A stretch of 64,000 nucleotides of DNA, taken from positions 25,206 to 89,205 of the forward strand of contig JBIKUX010000006.1 of NCBI GenBank assembly GCA_044347345.1. The letters are read 5' to 3'. A model generated the notes under the pieces. It had not been told where the DNA came from. It made no database searches and saw only the letters and a program-made list of their open reading frames with translations. The position numbers and the translations under genes were made by a program. Positions 46,566-58,100 of the stretch are shown one piece after another. Origin of the DNA: Bdellovibrionota bacterium. GTDB taxonomy: Bacteria > Bdellovibrionota_C > UBA2361 > JBIKUX01. Numbering within the stretch: the stretch's first letter is position 1; each line of letters begins with the position of its first letter.

Positions 46566-48178
46566 TTATGACAATCCTTACTACATCGATTGATATAAAC
46601 TCCTCTCGCTTTAAAGAACAGTATTCAGAGATGGCAACACTAGTGTCGCACCACTCATCTCTCGTAAAGCGAGCGGCGTTAGGTGGAGGACGGGAAGCAG
46701 CCATTAGGCACGAACAGCGAGGGAAGTTATTGCCGAGAGATAGAATAGCGGCACTAATTGACAAGAACACTGAGTTTTTTGAGCTAAGTCCGCTTGCAGC
46801 ACATAGCGTTTATGATGAAGAGGTTCCTGGTGCTGGAATAATCACCGGACTCGGTTGGATATCTGGGCATCTTTCGGTAATCGTAGCGAATGATCCAACG
46901 GTAAAAGGTGGTACTTACTTTCCCTTGACTGTTAAAAAACATATAAGAGCTCAAGAAATTGCCTTAGAAAATCATTTGCCGTGTGCATACTTAGTAGATT
47001 CTGGTGGCGCATACCTACCGCGACAAGATGAAGTTTTTCCGGATCGAGATCACTTTGGCCGCATATTCTACCTTCAGGCTAGAATGTCAGCGTTCAAAAT
47101 TCCGCAACTTGCTATTGTACTTGGTTCCTGCACGGCTGGTGGTGCTTATGTGCCGGCAATGTCAGATGAAGCTATCATGGTAAAAGGAAATAGCACTATA
47201 TTTTTAGGTGGCCCACCTCTTGTGCGAGCTGCTACGGGAGAAAATATTGATGCTGAGTCATTAGGCGGAGCTGAAGTACACTGCACTGTGTCAGGAGTAG
47301 CCGATCATTTTGCTGATTGTGAGCAGGCGGCTTTTGATAAGGCAAGAGCAATTTTTGCTCGTTATCCGGGAGTAAATTCTGATAAATGTTATAGATATAA
47401 TTTTGCAAAGACTCCCAGATACAATCCTGAAGAAATATATGGAATTGTCCCACGAGACCTAAGAAAACAGTACGATGTAAGAGAGATTTTAGCTCGAATA
47501 GTTGATGATTCCTATTTTGATGAGTTTAAGGCTCGGTATGCACGTACCATTGTTTGTGGCTTTGCTGAAATTGGTGGACATCTCATCGGAATATTGGCAA
47601 ACAATGGAATTTTATTTTCAGAATCAGCATTGAAGGGTGCACATTTTATTCAGTTGTGTTCTCAGCGTGATATACCGCTTCTTTTTTTACAAAATATAGT
47701 GGGATTTATGGTTGGCTCCAAGGCAGAGCACGAAGGTATTGCAAAACATGGAGCAAAACTTGTTGCTAATGTAGCTACTACACATGTTCCAAAAGTCACT
47801 GTACTGATTGGAGGAAGTTTTGGAGCGGGTAATTATGCAATGTGTGGAAGAGCCTATAATCCTCGTTTTTTATTTTCTTGGCCAAATTCTCGTATATCTG
47901 TGATGGGAGGTGAGCAAGCGGCAAGAGTGATGTCAATTATTCACGCTGAAAAGCATCATAGAAATGGTCAATTATGGACAGACGATGATGAGGTATCGCT
48001 GACTGATCCGATTCGAGCTCAATATGAAATTCAAGGGAATCCTTTTTATGCTACTGCACGCCTTTGGGATGATGGTATTCTTGATCCTGCGAAAACAAGA
48101 GATCATATTATACAAGCGTTCAATGCTACGCAGTTTGCACCACTTGAAAAGCCATTAAGTAGCGTACTTCGAATGTGA
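46562..48178 (+). CDS. Methylcrotonyl-CoA carboxylase carboxyltransferase (beta) subunit
   Basis: 538 aa. Carboxyltransferase-domain motifs. Start overlaps the ivd stop by 4 nt. Confidence 0.85.
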   Translation: MIMTILTTSIDINSSRFKEQYSEMATLVSHHSSLVKRAALGGGREAAIRHEQRGKLLPRDRIAALIDKNTEFFELSPLAAHSVYDEEVPGAGIITGLGWISGHLSVIVANDPTVKGGTYFPLTVKKHIRAQEIALENHLPCAYLVDSGGAYLPRQDEVFPDRDHFGRIFYLQARMSAFKIPQLAIVLGSCTAGGAYVPAMSDEAIMVKGNSTIFLGGPPLVRAATGENIDAESLGGAEVHCTVSGVADHFADCEQAAFDKARAIFARYPGVNSDKCYRYNFAKTPRYNPEEIYGIVPRDLRKQYDVREILARIVDDSYFDEFKARYARTIVCGFAEIGGHLIGILANNGILFSESALKGAHFIQLCSQRDIPLLFLQNIVGFMVGSKAEHEGIAKHGAKLVANVATTHVPKVTVLIGGSFGAGNYAMCGRAYNPRFLFSWPNSRISVMGGEQAARVMSIIHAEKHHRNGQLWTDDDEVSLTDPIRAQYEIQGNPFYATARLWDDGILDPAKTRDHIIQAFNATQFAPLEKPLSSVLRM

Positions 48179-48193
48179 AAAAGTAAGTTATAA

Positions 48194-49045
48194 ATGTCAA
48201 ATACTTGCGATAAAATTCTACCATCACCGCTGCTAATAAATGAAAATCAGGAAAAGTCGATTGTATATATAACTCTAAATAGACCTGATGCTAGAAATGC
48301 TTTTACTCGCAAAATGTTGGATATTTTACACAGTTGGCTAGTAAATTTTCCAACGACGTATTCAAGACATCAATACCGAGCAGTAGTTCTTAGGGCTAAT
48401 GGGGAGGATTTTTGTGCTGGTGCAGATCTTTCTTGGATGGCTTCAGCACAAGCAATGACTCCTGAAGAAAATGAAGCAGATGCTAGAGTGCTTGCTGAAG
48501 TTTTAAGTATGTTATCTAATTTACCCATTCCCACACTGGCTGAAGTAAAGGGAAGGGTAATCGGAGGCGGACTTGGTTTTGTAGCCGCTGTAGATATAGC
48601 TATTGCTACAGACAGCTTTCACGGTAAATTTAGCGAGTCCTTACTTGGATTAGTACCTGCCACAATAGCCCCATACATAGTACGAGCGATAGGTGATCGT
48701 GCTACAAGGGCGCTTTTTTTAACAGCAAATAGTATAAATGCGAAAAAGGCAGTTGAATTTGGACTTCTTCATGAAGTAGTTTCAACGGATCAACTATCCA
48801 ACCGTTGTGATGAAATACTAAATGCTATTTGTGCATGCGCTCCTAAATCTCAAATGGCAATTAAGGAGCAACTTTCCTTTTTGAGGGAAGAGCTTCAAAA
48901 AAAGCCGTTTATCCATATCCAGCAAGACTCAATTTCTCGGTTAGCAAAGGTGAGAGTATCAGATGAAGCAGTAGAGGGTCTAAACGCTTTTATAGAAAAA
49001 AGAGATCCTGTTTGGCGCAAAAAGACAGATCAAATAAAGGCTTAG
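48194..49045 (+). CDS. Enoyl-CoA hydratase (crotonase family; probably methylglutaconyl-CoA hydratase by context)
   Basis: Crotonase oxyanion region ANGEDFCAGADLSWM. Confidence 0.75.
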   Translation: MSNTCDKILPSPLLINENQEKSIVYITLNRPDARNAFTRKMLDILHSWLVNFPTTYSRHQYRAVVLRANGEDFCAGADLSWMASAQAMTPEENEADARVLAEVLSMLSNLPIPTLAEVKGRVIGGGLGFVAAVDIAIATDSFHGKFSESLLGLVPATIAPYIVRAIGDRATRALFLTANSINAKKAVEFGLLHEVVSTDQLSNRCDEILNAICACAPKSQMAIKEQLSFLREELQKKPFIHIQQDSISRLAKVRVSDEAVEGLNAFIEKRDPVWRKKTDQIKA

Positions 49046-49049
49046 TAAC

Positions 49050-49994
49050 ATGGCTAATCTAAAGCCTATAGATGGTGATGATAATCATGCTGTGATAGTT
49101 GAAGTAGGCTTAAGAGATGGTTTACAAGCCATCAAGAAAATTTTAACTCCAGAACAGCGAGCAGAATTAATTTTATCTTTAATTGAGGCAGGTATTCATC
49201 ACATTGAAGTGGGGAGCTTTGTTTCGCCAAAAAAAGTACCACAACTTTCAGACACAGGAATTGTGGCAGAGTTAATTGGCATACAAGAGGGCATTATTAC
49301 CAGCGCGCTTATTCCAAATGAGCGAGGACTTTACGAAGCACTCCAAACATCAATAGACGAATATGCTGTTTTTATCGGTGCTACTGATGAATTTACTCTC
49401 GGAAATATAGGAAAAACCGTTCAACAAGCGTTGGAGACATATCAAGAAATTATTAAGATAGCGTTCGCTCGAGGAAAAAAGGTCAGAGGCTATCTTTCAT
49501 GTATTGTGCGATGTCCTTATTCTGGCGCGGTTAGTTCAATTCAAGTGGCACGATTAGTGGATAAGTTACTTGAAATAGGTTGTTACGAAGTTTCGCTTGG
49601 TGAGACATTAGGAGTTGCAACTCCAGCGGACATAGAAAAAGTGCTTCATAATTTGGGAAATATATCTCTAACAAAACATGTAGCCTTGCACCTTCATAAT
49701 ACATTTGGTCAGGCATTAGCGAATATATTGAGGGGGCTTGATTTGGGAATAAGACGCTTTGATGCTGGAGTAGGAGGATTTGGCGGTTGTCCATTTGCGC
49801 CAGGTTCAGCTGGTAATTTGGCCACTGAAGATTTAGTTTATCTACTCAATGGTTTGGGTATAAAGACGGGAATAAACATCAATGCCCTTCCACAAATTAC
49901 TCGAAAAATTTCAACTCTTACTGGCGAGAGTGCGCACTCTCTAGTAAGCAAGGCACTTGAAAATCAGCTCTCATGTAAATCTGTATTTCCTTGA
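49050..49994 (+). CDS. Hydroxymethylglutaryl-CoA lyase
   Basis: VEVGLRDGLQ signature and TIM-barrel pattern. Confidence 0.85.
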   Translation: MANLKPIDGDDNHAVIVEVGLRDGLQAIKKILTPEQRAELILSLIEAGIHHIEVGSFVSPKKVPQLSDTGIVAELIGIQEGIITSALIPNERGLYEALQTSIDEYAVFIGATDEFTLGNIGKTVQQALETYQEIIKIAFARGKKVRGYLSCIVRCPYSGAVSSIQVARLVDKLLEIGCYEVSLGETLGVATPADIEKVLHNLGNISLTKHVALHLHNTFGQALANILRGLDLGIRRFDAGVGGFGGCPFAPGSAGNLATEDLVYLLNGLGIKTGININALPQITRKISTLTGESAHSLVSKALENQLSCKSVFP

Positions 49995-50009
49995 GGGAAA
50001 GGAAATACT

Positions 50010-52763
50010 ATGCAGCAAAATAAAATCTTATGGGAAGCATCGAAAGATAAAAAAACCAAATCGCAAGTATACAAGTTTATTGATACAGCTCGAAAGGATA
50101 CCGGCCGAGATTTTTCAAACTATAAGGATTTGCACTTATGGTCTTGCAAATATCCCGAAGAGTTTTGGTCATTAGTGGCAAGATTTACAAAATTTTGTGA
50201 ACAGCATCAAAATATACCTTATTCAAGCTCTGATAAATCATTTTGCTCTTCTCGTTTTGGTGATGGTGTAAATTTTAATTATGCTGAACGGGTAATTTAT
50301 CCTCCGTTCAAAACTGCTTCAGATACAGCTATAATTGAGGTAAATGAGAGTGGTGAGTGGAGCTCTTATTCTTTTGAGCAGTTGCGAACCTTAGTTTGTA
50401 GTATTAGTGATTGGTTCCATAATTTTGGAGTAGGTAAAAATGATCGTATCGCAGGAATAATCACTAATTGTGCTAATGGTGTATGCAGCTATTTAGCATC
50501 TGCTAAATTAGGAGCTATCTGGGCTTCGTGTTCACCAGAGTTTGGTGATTCTGCTATAATAGACCGCTTGCTAATGATTAATCCTGCAGTTCTAGTTGTA
50601 TCCTTGTTTAGCGCTTATAACGGAAAAAAATATGACCATAGTGAGCGAATAGCTAGCCTGCTTAAAAAAATTAGCTCGATTAAATCTGTTTTGATTATTG
50701 ATCATGATATATCTGATGATACACTAAATAAATTTGCAGATAGTATTCCAAGTACAATAACGTGTGCGCACATTTCTCAAACTAAATGTGCTAATAATAA
50801 CCAGAAATTTGAACAATTTCCTTTTTCTCATCCTTTAACTCTATTATTTTCATCTGGCACGACTGGTAAACCTAAAGCCATACTGCATGGAGCAGGAGGG
50901 ACATTACTTCAGCATCTCAAGGAGCATCAACTTCATTGTGAGTTTAATCATGATGCAATCGTTTGTTTTTATACCTCAACTGGTTGGATGATGTGGAATT
51001 GGTTAATTAGTTCTCTTGCATCTGGATCTTCAATTGTGCTTATAGATGGCTCACCGATGTTTCCATCCGTCAGTCGTCTTTGGAGACTAGTTGATCAATT
51101 TAATATTACAGCTCTTGGTGTTAGCCCGAGATATTTAAGCACTGTTGAAAAAGAGAATGGATATAGCCCAATTAAAGAACATAAGTTAAGTAGTCTTTCT
51201 CTGTTACTGTCTACCGGCGCTCCATTACTCGGGACACAATTTGATTGGATTTATAATTCAGTAAAAAAGGATTTGATGGTGGCTTCTATTTCTGGAGGAA
51301 GTGACATCATTTCTTGCTTTGCATTAGGAAACATTCTTGCACCGGTCAGGCGTGGAGAAATTCAAGCAGCTGGACTCGGGATGGATATAGCAGCATTTTC
51401 AGATGATGGAACAGAGTTAACTGATACCGTTGGAGAGTTAGTCTGCCGGACACCTTTCCCTTCAATGCCGGTTGGATTTTGGAATGATCCTAATAACACT
51501 CTGTTTAATCAGACTTATTTTTCTCGTTATCCGAGCGTTTGGATGCATGGCGATAGAGTTATAATTTATGATCATGGCGGATTGGAAATTTTAGGCAGGT
51601 CTGACACCGTACTTAATCCAGGTGGTGTGCGAATTGGCACAGGTGAAATATACTCGGTCATCTCTAAGATACCGTGGATTACGGATGTAGTAGCAGCCCC
51701 ATTAAAGAGACAAGGAGATGAAGATATTATTTTAATTGTATCATTAGCTTATAATGATAATTTGACTGAGGATAAGATAGAAGAAATTCGAAAATTAATT
51801 CGTTCGGAGCTTTCACCACGTCATGTACCAAGGTTTATATTTTCTGTTTCTAGTCTTCCGCACACTATGAATGGTAAAATCTCAGAAGTAACAGTTAGAA
51901 AAATTTTGAATAATGAGGATATAAATAATACCACTTCTCTTGCTGACTCTTCAGTTTTGACTGAATTAGTAGCGATTAGAAAAATCATAATGACCGATGC
52001 AGATTATCAGGCTAGATGTGATCTCTCGATTGTTATACCTGCTTATAATGAAGAGAACAGGTTGCCTGCTACTGTACTAAGTTATCGAACTTGGTTACTA
52101 CAAGAGCAGCAGACTTTAAATCGACTTGGTATTTCATCTATAGAAATAATTGTTGTAGATGATGGAAGTATTGATAGAACAGCAGAGGTAGTTGCATCTT
52201 TTTCATCATCCTTTTTACCGGTGCGTTTTGTTAGACATTCAAGAAATCTTGGCAAGGGAGCAGCAGTTCGTACAGGTTCACTGCAAGCAATAGGTAAATT
52301 CATTCTTGTTGCAGATGCCGATGGATCTACTCCCATTGAAGAGTTAGAGCGATTATTAATTCATATGAATAGTGGACAAGCACAAATAGTTGTTGGCTCA
52401 CGCGTTGTTACAAATAATAAAGTTAGGCGCCATATAAAATGGTATCGTCGTTTTCTGGGATGGCTCTTTAGAGGCCTAGTGCATAAGATAGCATTCGGAG
52501 ATTTACAAAATATACATGTTGAAGATACTCAATGCGGTTTTAAGCTAATGACTTATGAAGTAGCACAGGCTATATTTACAAAAGCTACCATTGATCGTTT
52601 TGCATGGGATGTCGAATTTTTACGGGTTGCTGCTCTGCAAGGGTGCACAATATTAGAGGTGCCAGTTTCATGGCATCATGTTACTGGCTCACGGATCAAT
52701 TTATTAACAGCACCTTTTTCTATGTTACTAGATCTTGTCAGAATTAGGCTAAGACATAGATAG
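50010..52763 (+). CDS. Fusion: acetoacetyl-CoA synthetase (AMP-dependent synthetase) N-terminal ~650 aa plus GT2-family glycosyltransferase (DPM1-like) C-terminal ~250 aa
   Basis: AACS-like N-terminus (LWEASKDKK...LHLWSCKYPEEFW). AMP-binding motif SSGTTGKPK. C-terminal IVIPAYNEENRL...VVDDGSIDRT...VADADGSTP are GT2 signatures. Confidence 0.75.
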   Translation: MQQNKILWEASKDKKTKSQVYKFIDTARKDTGRDFSNYKDLHLWSCKYPEEFWSLVARFTKFCEQHQNIPYSSSDKSFCSSRFGDGVNFNYAERVIYPPFKTASDTAIIEVNESGEWSSYSFEQLRTLVCSISDWFHNFGVGKNDRIAGIITNCANGVCSYLASAKLGAIWASCSPEFGDSAIIDRLLMINPAVLVVSLFSAYNGKKYDHSERIASLLKKISSIKSVLIIDHDISDDTLNKFADSIPSTITCAHISQTKCANNNQKFEQFPFSHPLTLLFSSGTTGKPKAILHGAGGTLLQHLKEHQLHCEFNHDAIVCFYTSTGWMMWNWLISSLASGSSIVLIDGSPMFPSVSRLWRLVDQFNITALGVSPRYLSTVEKENGYSPIKEHKLSSLSLLLSTGAPLLGTQFDWIYNSVKKDLMVASISGGSDIISCFALGNILAPVRRGEIQAAGLGMDIAAFSDDGTELTDTVGELVCRTPFPSMPVGFWNDPNNTLFNQTYFSRYPSVWMHGDRVIIYDHGGLEILGRSDTVLNPGGVRIGTGEIYSVISKIPWITDVVAAPLKRQGDEDIILIVSLAYNDNLTEDKIEEIRKLIRSELSPRHVPRFIFSVSSLPHTMNGKISEVTVRKILNNEDINNTTSLADSSVLTELVAIRKIIMTDADYQARCDLSIVIPAYNEENRLPATVLSYRTWLLQEQQTLNRLGISSIEIIVVDDGSIDRTAEVVASFSSSFLPVRFVRHSRNLGKGAAVRTGSLQAIGKFILVADADGSTPIEELERLLIHMNSGQAQIVVGSRVVTNNKVRRHIKWYRRFLGWLFRGLVHKIAFGDLQNIHVEDTQCGFKLMTYEVAQAIFTKATIDRFAWDVEFLRVAALQGCTILEVPVSWHHVTGSRINLLTAPFSMLLDLVRIRLRHR

Positions 52764-52824
52764 TTGGGATATAATACGTGGCGACCGGCTAATAATAATT
52801 AGATCATAATAAACAGACAAACCT

Positions 52825-54981
52825 TTAAGTGACTTTTTTTGGAGGTGCTGATGAGAACGCTCCATTTACTTCAGCTCGTGAAACTATACCAGACCATGGT
52901 TGTACTAGCCCGTTAAAGGCTGCATTTACTTGATTAATAAGTTGTAAGAGAGATCTAGCACCTAGTTTATCTGCGTAGTATAACGGGCCTCCGCGGAAAG
53001 CTGGAAACCCAGCGCCCATTACCATGCCCAAGTCGATTTGGTTTGCAGCTTCGACGCTTGGTTGTCCGGCTACACCTTCGTCTAAACATCTTACTGCTTC
53101 ATTCACGATAGCTGTTACTAAGCAGTCAGCGATTAATTCTCTGTGAACTCTCTGAGGACGAGAGTTAGATGCAATCGTTCTGACAAGTTCTGGCCATATT
53201 ATGTTTGTGGATGTTGAATAATTATAAAAGCCCTTGTTATTTTTTCTACCTAAGCGTCCAAATGAAACAAGTTCACGTGGACCAGCGGCAAGTTTCATGC
53301 GCTCACCGTATCCCTTTTCTAGAATCTCACCAACGTGAGTAACTACCTCTAGACCAACCTCATCGAGTACCCTAAAAGGACCCATTGGAAATCCAAATTT
53401 TATCGCAGCTTCCTCTATTTCAAGCGGCTCTATTCCAGCGAGCAAGAGTTTACAAGCTACTTGAAAGTATGGAAATAAGATGCGATTGACTAGAAATCCT
53501 GGAACATCTTCCACAATAATTGGGAATTTCCCGAGCTTAACGGCGAGTGCAGCAGTTATTAGTAAGGAGCGATCAGTAGTAGCTTTGCTACGAACAATCT
53601 CAACGAGAGGCATTTTTTCGACTGGATTAAAAAAGTGCATCCCAACCACTGAGCCTGGTGATGGCAGTGCAGAACTTAAACTGGTGATTGATAAAGACGA
53701 GGTATTTGATGCTATGAGAGCACCTTTATCGATTTTTGCCGATAATTCTTGTAAGACAGCAAGTTTTATTTCTACTTTTTCAGTGACAGCTTCAATTAAA
53801 AGATTGCAATCACGTAGGCGGTCATCTCCAGTGCGCTGTAAAAAAAGCAAATCCAGTAACGCTCTTTTTTCAGCCGGAGTTAAGGATGAGCGCTTATCTA
53901 AAGTTTTCTCAATATGAGATCTGGCTTTTTGGAGTGATAATTCATCTGAGTCTCTGAGCACTACCGGGATTTTTTGTTGTAGCAAGGTACTGGCAATGCC
54001 TGCACCCATTGTTCCTGCTCCTACTACTAGAGCTCTTATATCACCTAGAGAGTCAATTAGTGACTTCCCGAGTTTTTTCGCTCCTTCAGAGAGAAGAAAG
54101 ACATGGGTAAGAGATTTACTTTCTGGTGTTACTACCATCTCACCGAGAAGTTTTGCTTCATGTTCAAGACCCAAAGTTACGCCATACTTTAAACCATAAA
54201 GAACAGCTTCTAACGCCTTTAGTGGAGCCGGCAGTTGACCCTTTGTTTGTTTGATTATTTGTTTTGTTGACATACGTTGAACAAGTGCTCGTCCCAGGTT
54301 GGTATATGTTAGGAGACGTTCTTGCATTGTTGGAGGTGGTCGTGGAGGCAAAGATAGTCCGGTTAGGATTTTCTCAGCGCGCTCTATAAGGCGAGGCACC
54401 GGAACTAATTCATCAATTAGTCCTAAGGTGAGAGCCTCTCTAGCGCGGATTTTTTTACCGGTTAGAATCAAAGAGAGAGCTTTCTGTATTCCTATTAAGC
54501 GAGGGAGTCTTTGAGTACCTCCAAATCCAGGAATAATTCCAAGTAGAACCTCAGGTAGGCCAAGGATTGTAGTCGAGAGATCAGTACAGATGCGGTGATG
54601 GCATGCTAGAGCCAACTCGAGAGCTCCTCCGACGCACGGACCACTTATTGCAGCAAGTGATGGGAATGGAAGGCTTTCTATTTCGTTAAAGACCGATTGA
54701 CCCTGTTGAGCAAGAGACTTCCCTAAATTTGGGTCTACTATATCTCTTATTGCATTTATATCTGCTCCTACCGAAAACATTTGTTCACTTGGACCAGTTA
54801 TAATCATGCCTTTTGGTTTAAGATCTCGAACCTGAGCTAGGGCACTGCGAAGAGCTTCTATTCGGTCTTTGGTAAGAATGACGGTTTGCTCTGATATTCC
54901 TCCGAGGCGCACTATGACGACTCCTGAAGATAGCTCTTCTACTCTTACTAACGGATGGTTACTAGACGCGGCGTGGTTCAT
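52825..54981 (-). CDS. fadB: Fatty-acid oxidation complex alpha subunit (enoyl-CoA hydratase / 3-hydroxyacyl-CoA dehydrogenase)
   Basis: N-terminal crotonase domain. Central NAD-binding ALVVGAGTMGAGIA. 718 aa. Confidence 0.85.
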   Translation of the reverse strand: MNHAASSNHPLVRVEELSSGVVIVRLGGISEQTVILTKDRIEALRSALAQVRDLKPKGMIITGPSEQMFSVGADINAIRDIVDPNLGKSLAQQGQSVFNEIESLPFPSLAAISGPCVGGALELALACHHRICTDLSTTILGLPEVLLGIIPGFGGTQRLPRLIGIQKALSLILTGKKIRAREALTLGLIDELVPVPRLIERAEKILTGLSLPPRPPPTMQERLLTYTNLGRALVQRMSTKQIIKQTKGQLPAPLKALEAVLYGLKYGVTLGLEHEAKLLGEMVVTPESKSLTHVFLLSEGAKKLGKSLIDSLGDIRALVVGAGTMGAGIASTLLQQKIPVVLRDSDELSLQKARSHIEKTLDKRSSLTPAEKRALLDLLFLQRTGDDRLRDCNLLIEAVTEKVEIKLAVLQELSAKIDKGALIASNTSSLSITSLSSALPSPGSVVGMHFFNPVEKMPLVEIVRSKATTDRSLLITAALAVKLGKFPIIVEDVPGFLVNRILFPYFQVACKLLLAGIEPLEIEEAAIKFGFPMGPFRVLDEVGLEVVTHVGEILEKGYGERMKLAAGPRELVSFGRLGRKNNKGFYNYSTSTNIIWPELVRTIASNSRPQRVHRELIADCLVTAIVNEAVRCLDEGVAGQPSVEAANQIDLGMVMGAGFPAFRGGPLYYADKLGARSLLQLINQVNAAFNGLVQPWSGIVSRAEVNGAFSSAPPKKVT

Positions 54982-55140
54982 AAAGCCTCAAAACAAATTG
55001 TCCGCGAAACTTATTGTGTTCTTAAAACACAGTACGAAAGACATAGACAATAAAAACTGCGACAAAAATTTTATCACCGCAAGGATTCTAACGTATATCA
55101 GCGATTTAGTGCTATAGAATAAGTATAGATAAATCCACGT

Positions 55141-58100
55141 TTACTTGTTTACCTTAGAAAATATAAAACTTATTTTCCTTTCCGACTGGTTACTTAAGTT
55201 TACAATTATCTCACCTTTTTTGTTTTTTAGACTGTCTTCTGTCATTGAGTTTAAATTATGCTCCCTAACTTCTTTGATTGAGATAGAAGCCGCCAAAGTT
55301 TGTGCTGATATGTAATCAGAAAATTGTTTGATGATTTCACTGTCACGAGTGTCTTCAACAAATACCATCAAGTCTATTTTATCACTTATTATTAGGTTAG
55401 CGTCTTTTCTGGCTTGTTGGATGTGACGCACCAAATCGCGGGCAACCCCTTCCTTTTCGAGCTCGGGAGTTACGGAAACACTAAGTGCGATAATAAGTGA
55501 GTTATTGTCTTGACTGATGCTCGCTACACAAATCTGGTTTACATCTGATTTATCGCTTCCTTTAGGTACTAGGCGGATTGTGTATTCGCAAGGATCTAAT
55601 TTTATTCCGTTACAAATTACCTGACCATCATTGGTACGGTACCAATTGCCTGTTTTTGATGAGGCAATCAGATTCTTCATTTCATTACCTAATCTTGGAC
55701 CGAGCACCCTTGAATTGAGCTGAAGCTGTTCTTCCGCGAAAGCGCTAAAACTCTCTTCTAATACAACTGACTTTACATTTAATTCCTCTGCAATTAGAGA
55801 AGTAAAAACGGCAAGTTGATCGGCGGACTTACCGGCAAGAATAACTTTTTCAAGAGGAAGGCGCGTGCGGAGTCCTTTTGATTCTCGAATAGAGAGTCCT
55901 GCTGAGCAAACCTCGCGAGTTAAATCCATTGCAGTGATAAGATTCTTATTATTAGGTAAGCTTGTTGCTAGAGGCCACGCCTCAAGATGTACGCTTTTTC
56001 TTCCCGTGAGAGTTCTATACAAATGCTCAGATAGGAGAGGCAATATTGGAGCTATTACTCGACATAAACCGATGAGTGTTAAAAAGAGAGTCTCATAGGC
56101 TACCTGTTTTTTTTCACTGATGCCACTTTCCCAGAATCGTTCTCTTGAACGACGAATGTACCAATTAGTGAGTACATCAAGAAAATTTTTAATTTCTTCG
56201 CATGCCTTTGGGATATCGTAATTAGTAAGTGCTACATCGGTTTCTTCAATTAAAATCCGGAGTTTTGCTAATATATATTCATCAATTTGCGACAGAGAGT
56301 CGTTGTAATTTGGGGGTACTCTACCAGCTAATGTATCTTGTGCATGATCATGGTTAGCTGTAACTCTATCTGTGTTTGCATAGAGAGTAAAAAAGTAGGC
56401 TGCATTCCAAAGAGGATTTAGCACAGTTCGCACTATCTCGGCTATCCCTTTACCCTCGCGGTCAATAAGAAGGTCGCTACCCTTTATTATAGGGGATGAT
56501 ATTAAAAACCAACGAAGTGCATCGGCTCCGAGTTTATCAAATACTTCATCTGGGCTCGGATAATTTCTTAGTCTTTTGCTGAGTTTCTTTCCTTCTTCGT
56601 CAAGAACTACGCCGTGACACATGCAGGTTTTAAAGGGAGGCTTATCAAATAAAGCAGTACCTAGAACCATGAGAGTGTAAAACCAGCCGCGTGTTTGAGC
56701 TACATACTCAACGATAAAGTCAGCAGGAAAGTGTTGCTCGAACCACTCTTTATTTTCGAAAGGATAATGCATTTGGGCAAACGGCATTGAGCCAGATTCA
56801 AACCAGCAGTCAAATACCTCGGGGACCCGGCGCATCATGCTTTGGCCGGTTGGGTCATCGGGATTAGCGCGGATGAGCTGATCTATGGCGGGGCGATGTA
56901 GATCGGTGATATGTGCACCAAAATCACGTTCAAGTTCTGCAATACTGCCATACACGTCTGTGCGCGGATAAGATAGATTATCACTTTTCCAAACAGGGAG
57001 TGGAGTTCCCCAAAATCTAGTTCGACTGATTGACCAGTCTCGGGCGTTTTCTAACCATTTACCAAATTGACCGTCTCTAATGTGGCTGGGTATCCAATTA
57101 ATAGTTTGGTTAAGCTCAACCATTCGGTCTTTAAATTCAGATACTTTTACAAACCAAGAGCTTACTGCTTTGTAAATAAGAGGCGTATCGGTCCGCCAAC
57201 AATGGGGATAGTTGTGGAGATATGTTTCATGCCGTACTACTTTGTTTTCGGCTTTTAAGTGTTTGATAATAAGTTTATTGGAATCAAAAACTTGAATATT
57301 GTGATATGGACTTACTTCGGCGGTAAATCTTCCTTGGCTGTCGACTGGGCATATAATAGGTATTCCGTTGGCCTTGCAGAGGTCAAAATCATCTTCTCCA
57401 AATCCGGGTGCACAGTGCACGACGCCAGTTCCGTCAGTAGTGGTAACAAAATTACCAGACAAAATTGTAAAAGCCGGCTTTACATTGGCGAAAAATGGAA
57501 ATAGTGGTTCATACTTGCGATTAATGAGGTCTTTCCCGGTGATATTTCCGACATTTTTCCCCCCATCAAGCTCACTTTGATAGCGCTCGACACTGGCGTT
57601 GGCTAAAATAACGAATCTGTCTTTAAGACTGTAAATGGCGTAGTCTATATCCTCTCCGACAGCTAGTGCCAGATTAGATGGTAAAGTCCAAGGGGTCGTT
57701 GTCCAAGCGAGGATATCAAGGGGGCCAGGATCGTTTGGATTGGGGGTTAGGGTGAAGCGTACCGTGAGTGCCGGATCTTGACGCTGTCTGAAAGCGTTAT
57801 CAAGGCGAGTTTCAAAATTTGAAAGAGGGCTTTCTACTGCCCAGGAGTAGGGCATGACTCTGTGGCCTTCTGTTACGAGACCCTTGCTCCACAACCGCTT
57901 AAATGCCCAAAGAACGCTCTCCATGTAGGAGATGTCCATAGTTTTGTAATCGTTTTTGAAGTCTACCCAACGTGCCTGGCGAGTGACAAATGTCTCCCAC
58001 TCTTTGGTGTAACGAAGAACAGAGTCTCGGCAGTGGGCGTTAAATTTATCTATGCCGAAGTCTATAATGGCTCGTTGTCCAGAAATTCCTAATTCTCGCT

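Noticed and set aside
53480-53917. 145-aa ORF antisense inside fadB, and similar nested ORFs at 54299-54514 and 53996-54199
   Set aside because: Nested antisense to a well-supported gene. Ser/Arg-rich low-complexity translation.
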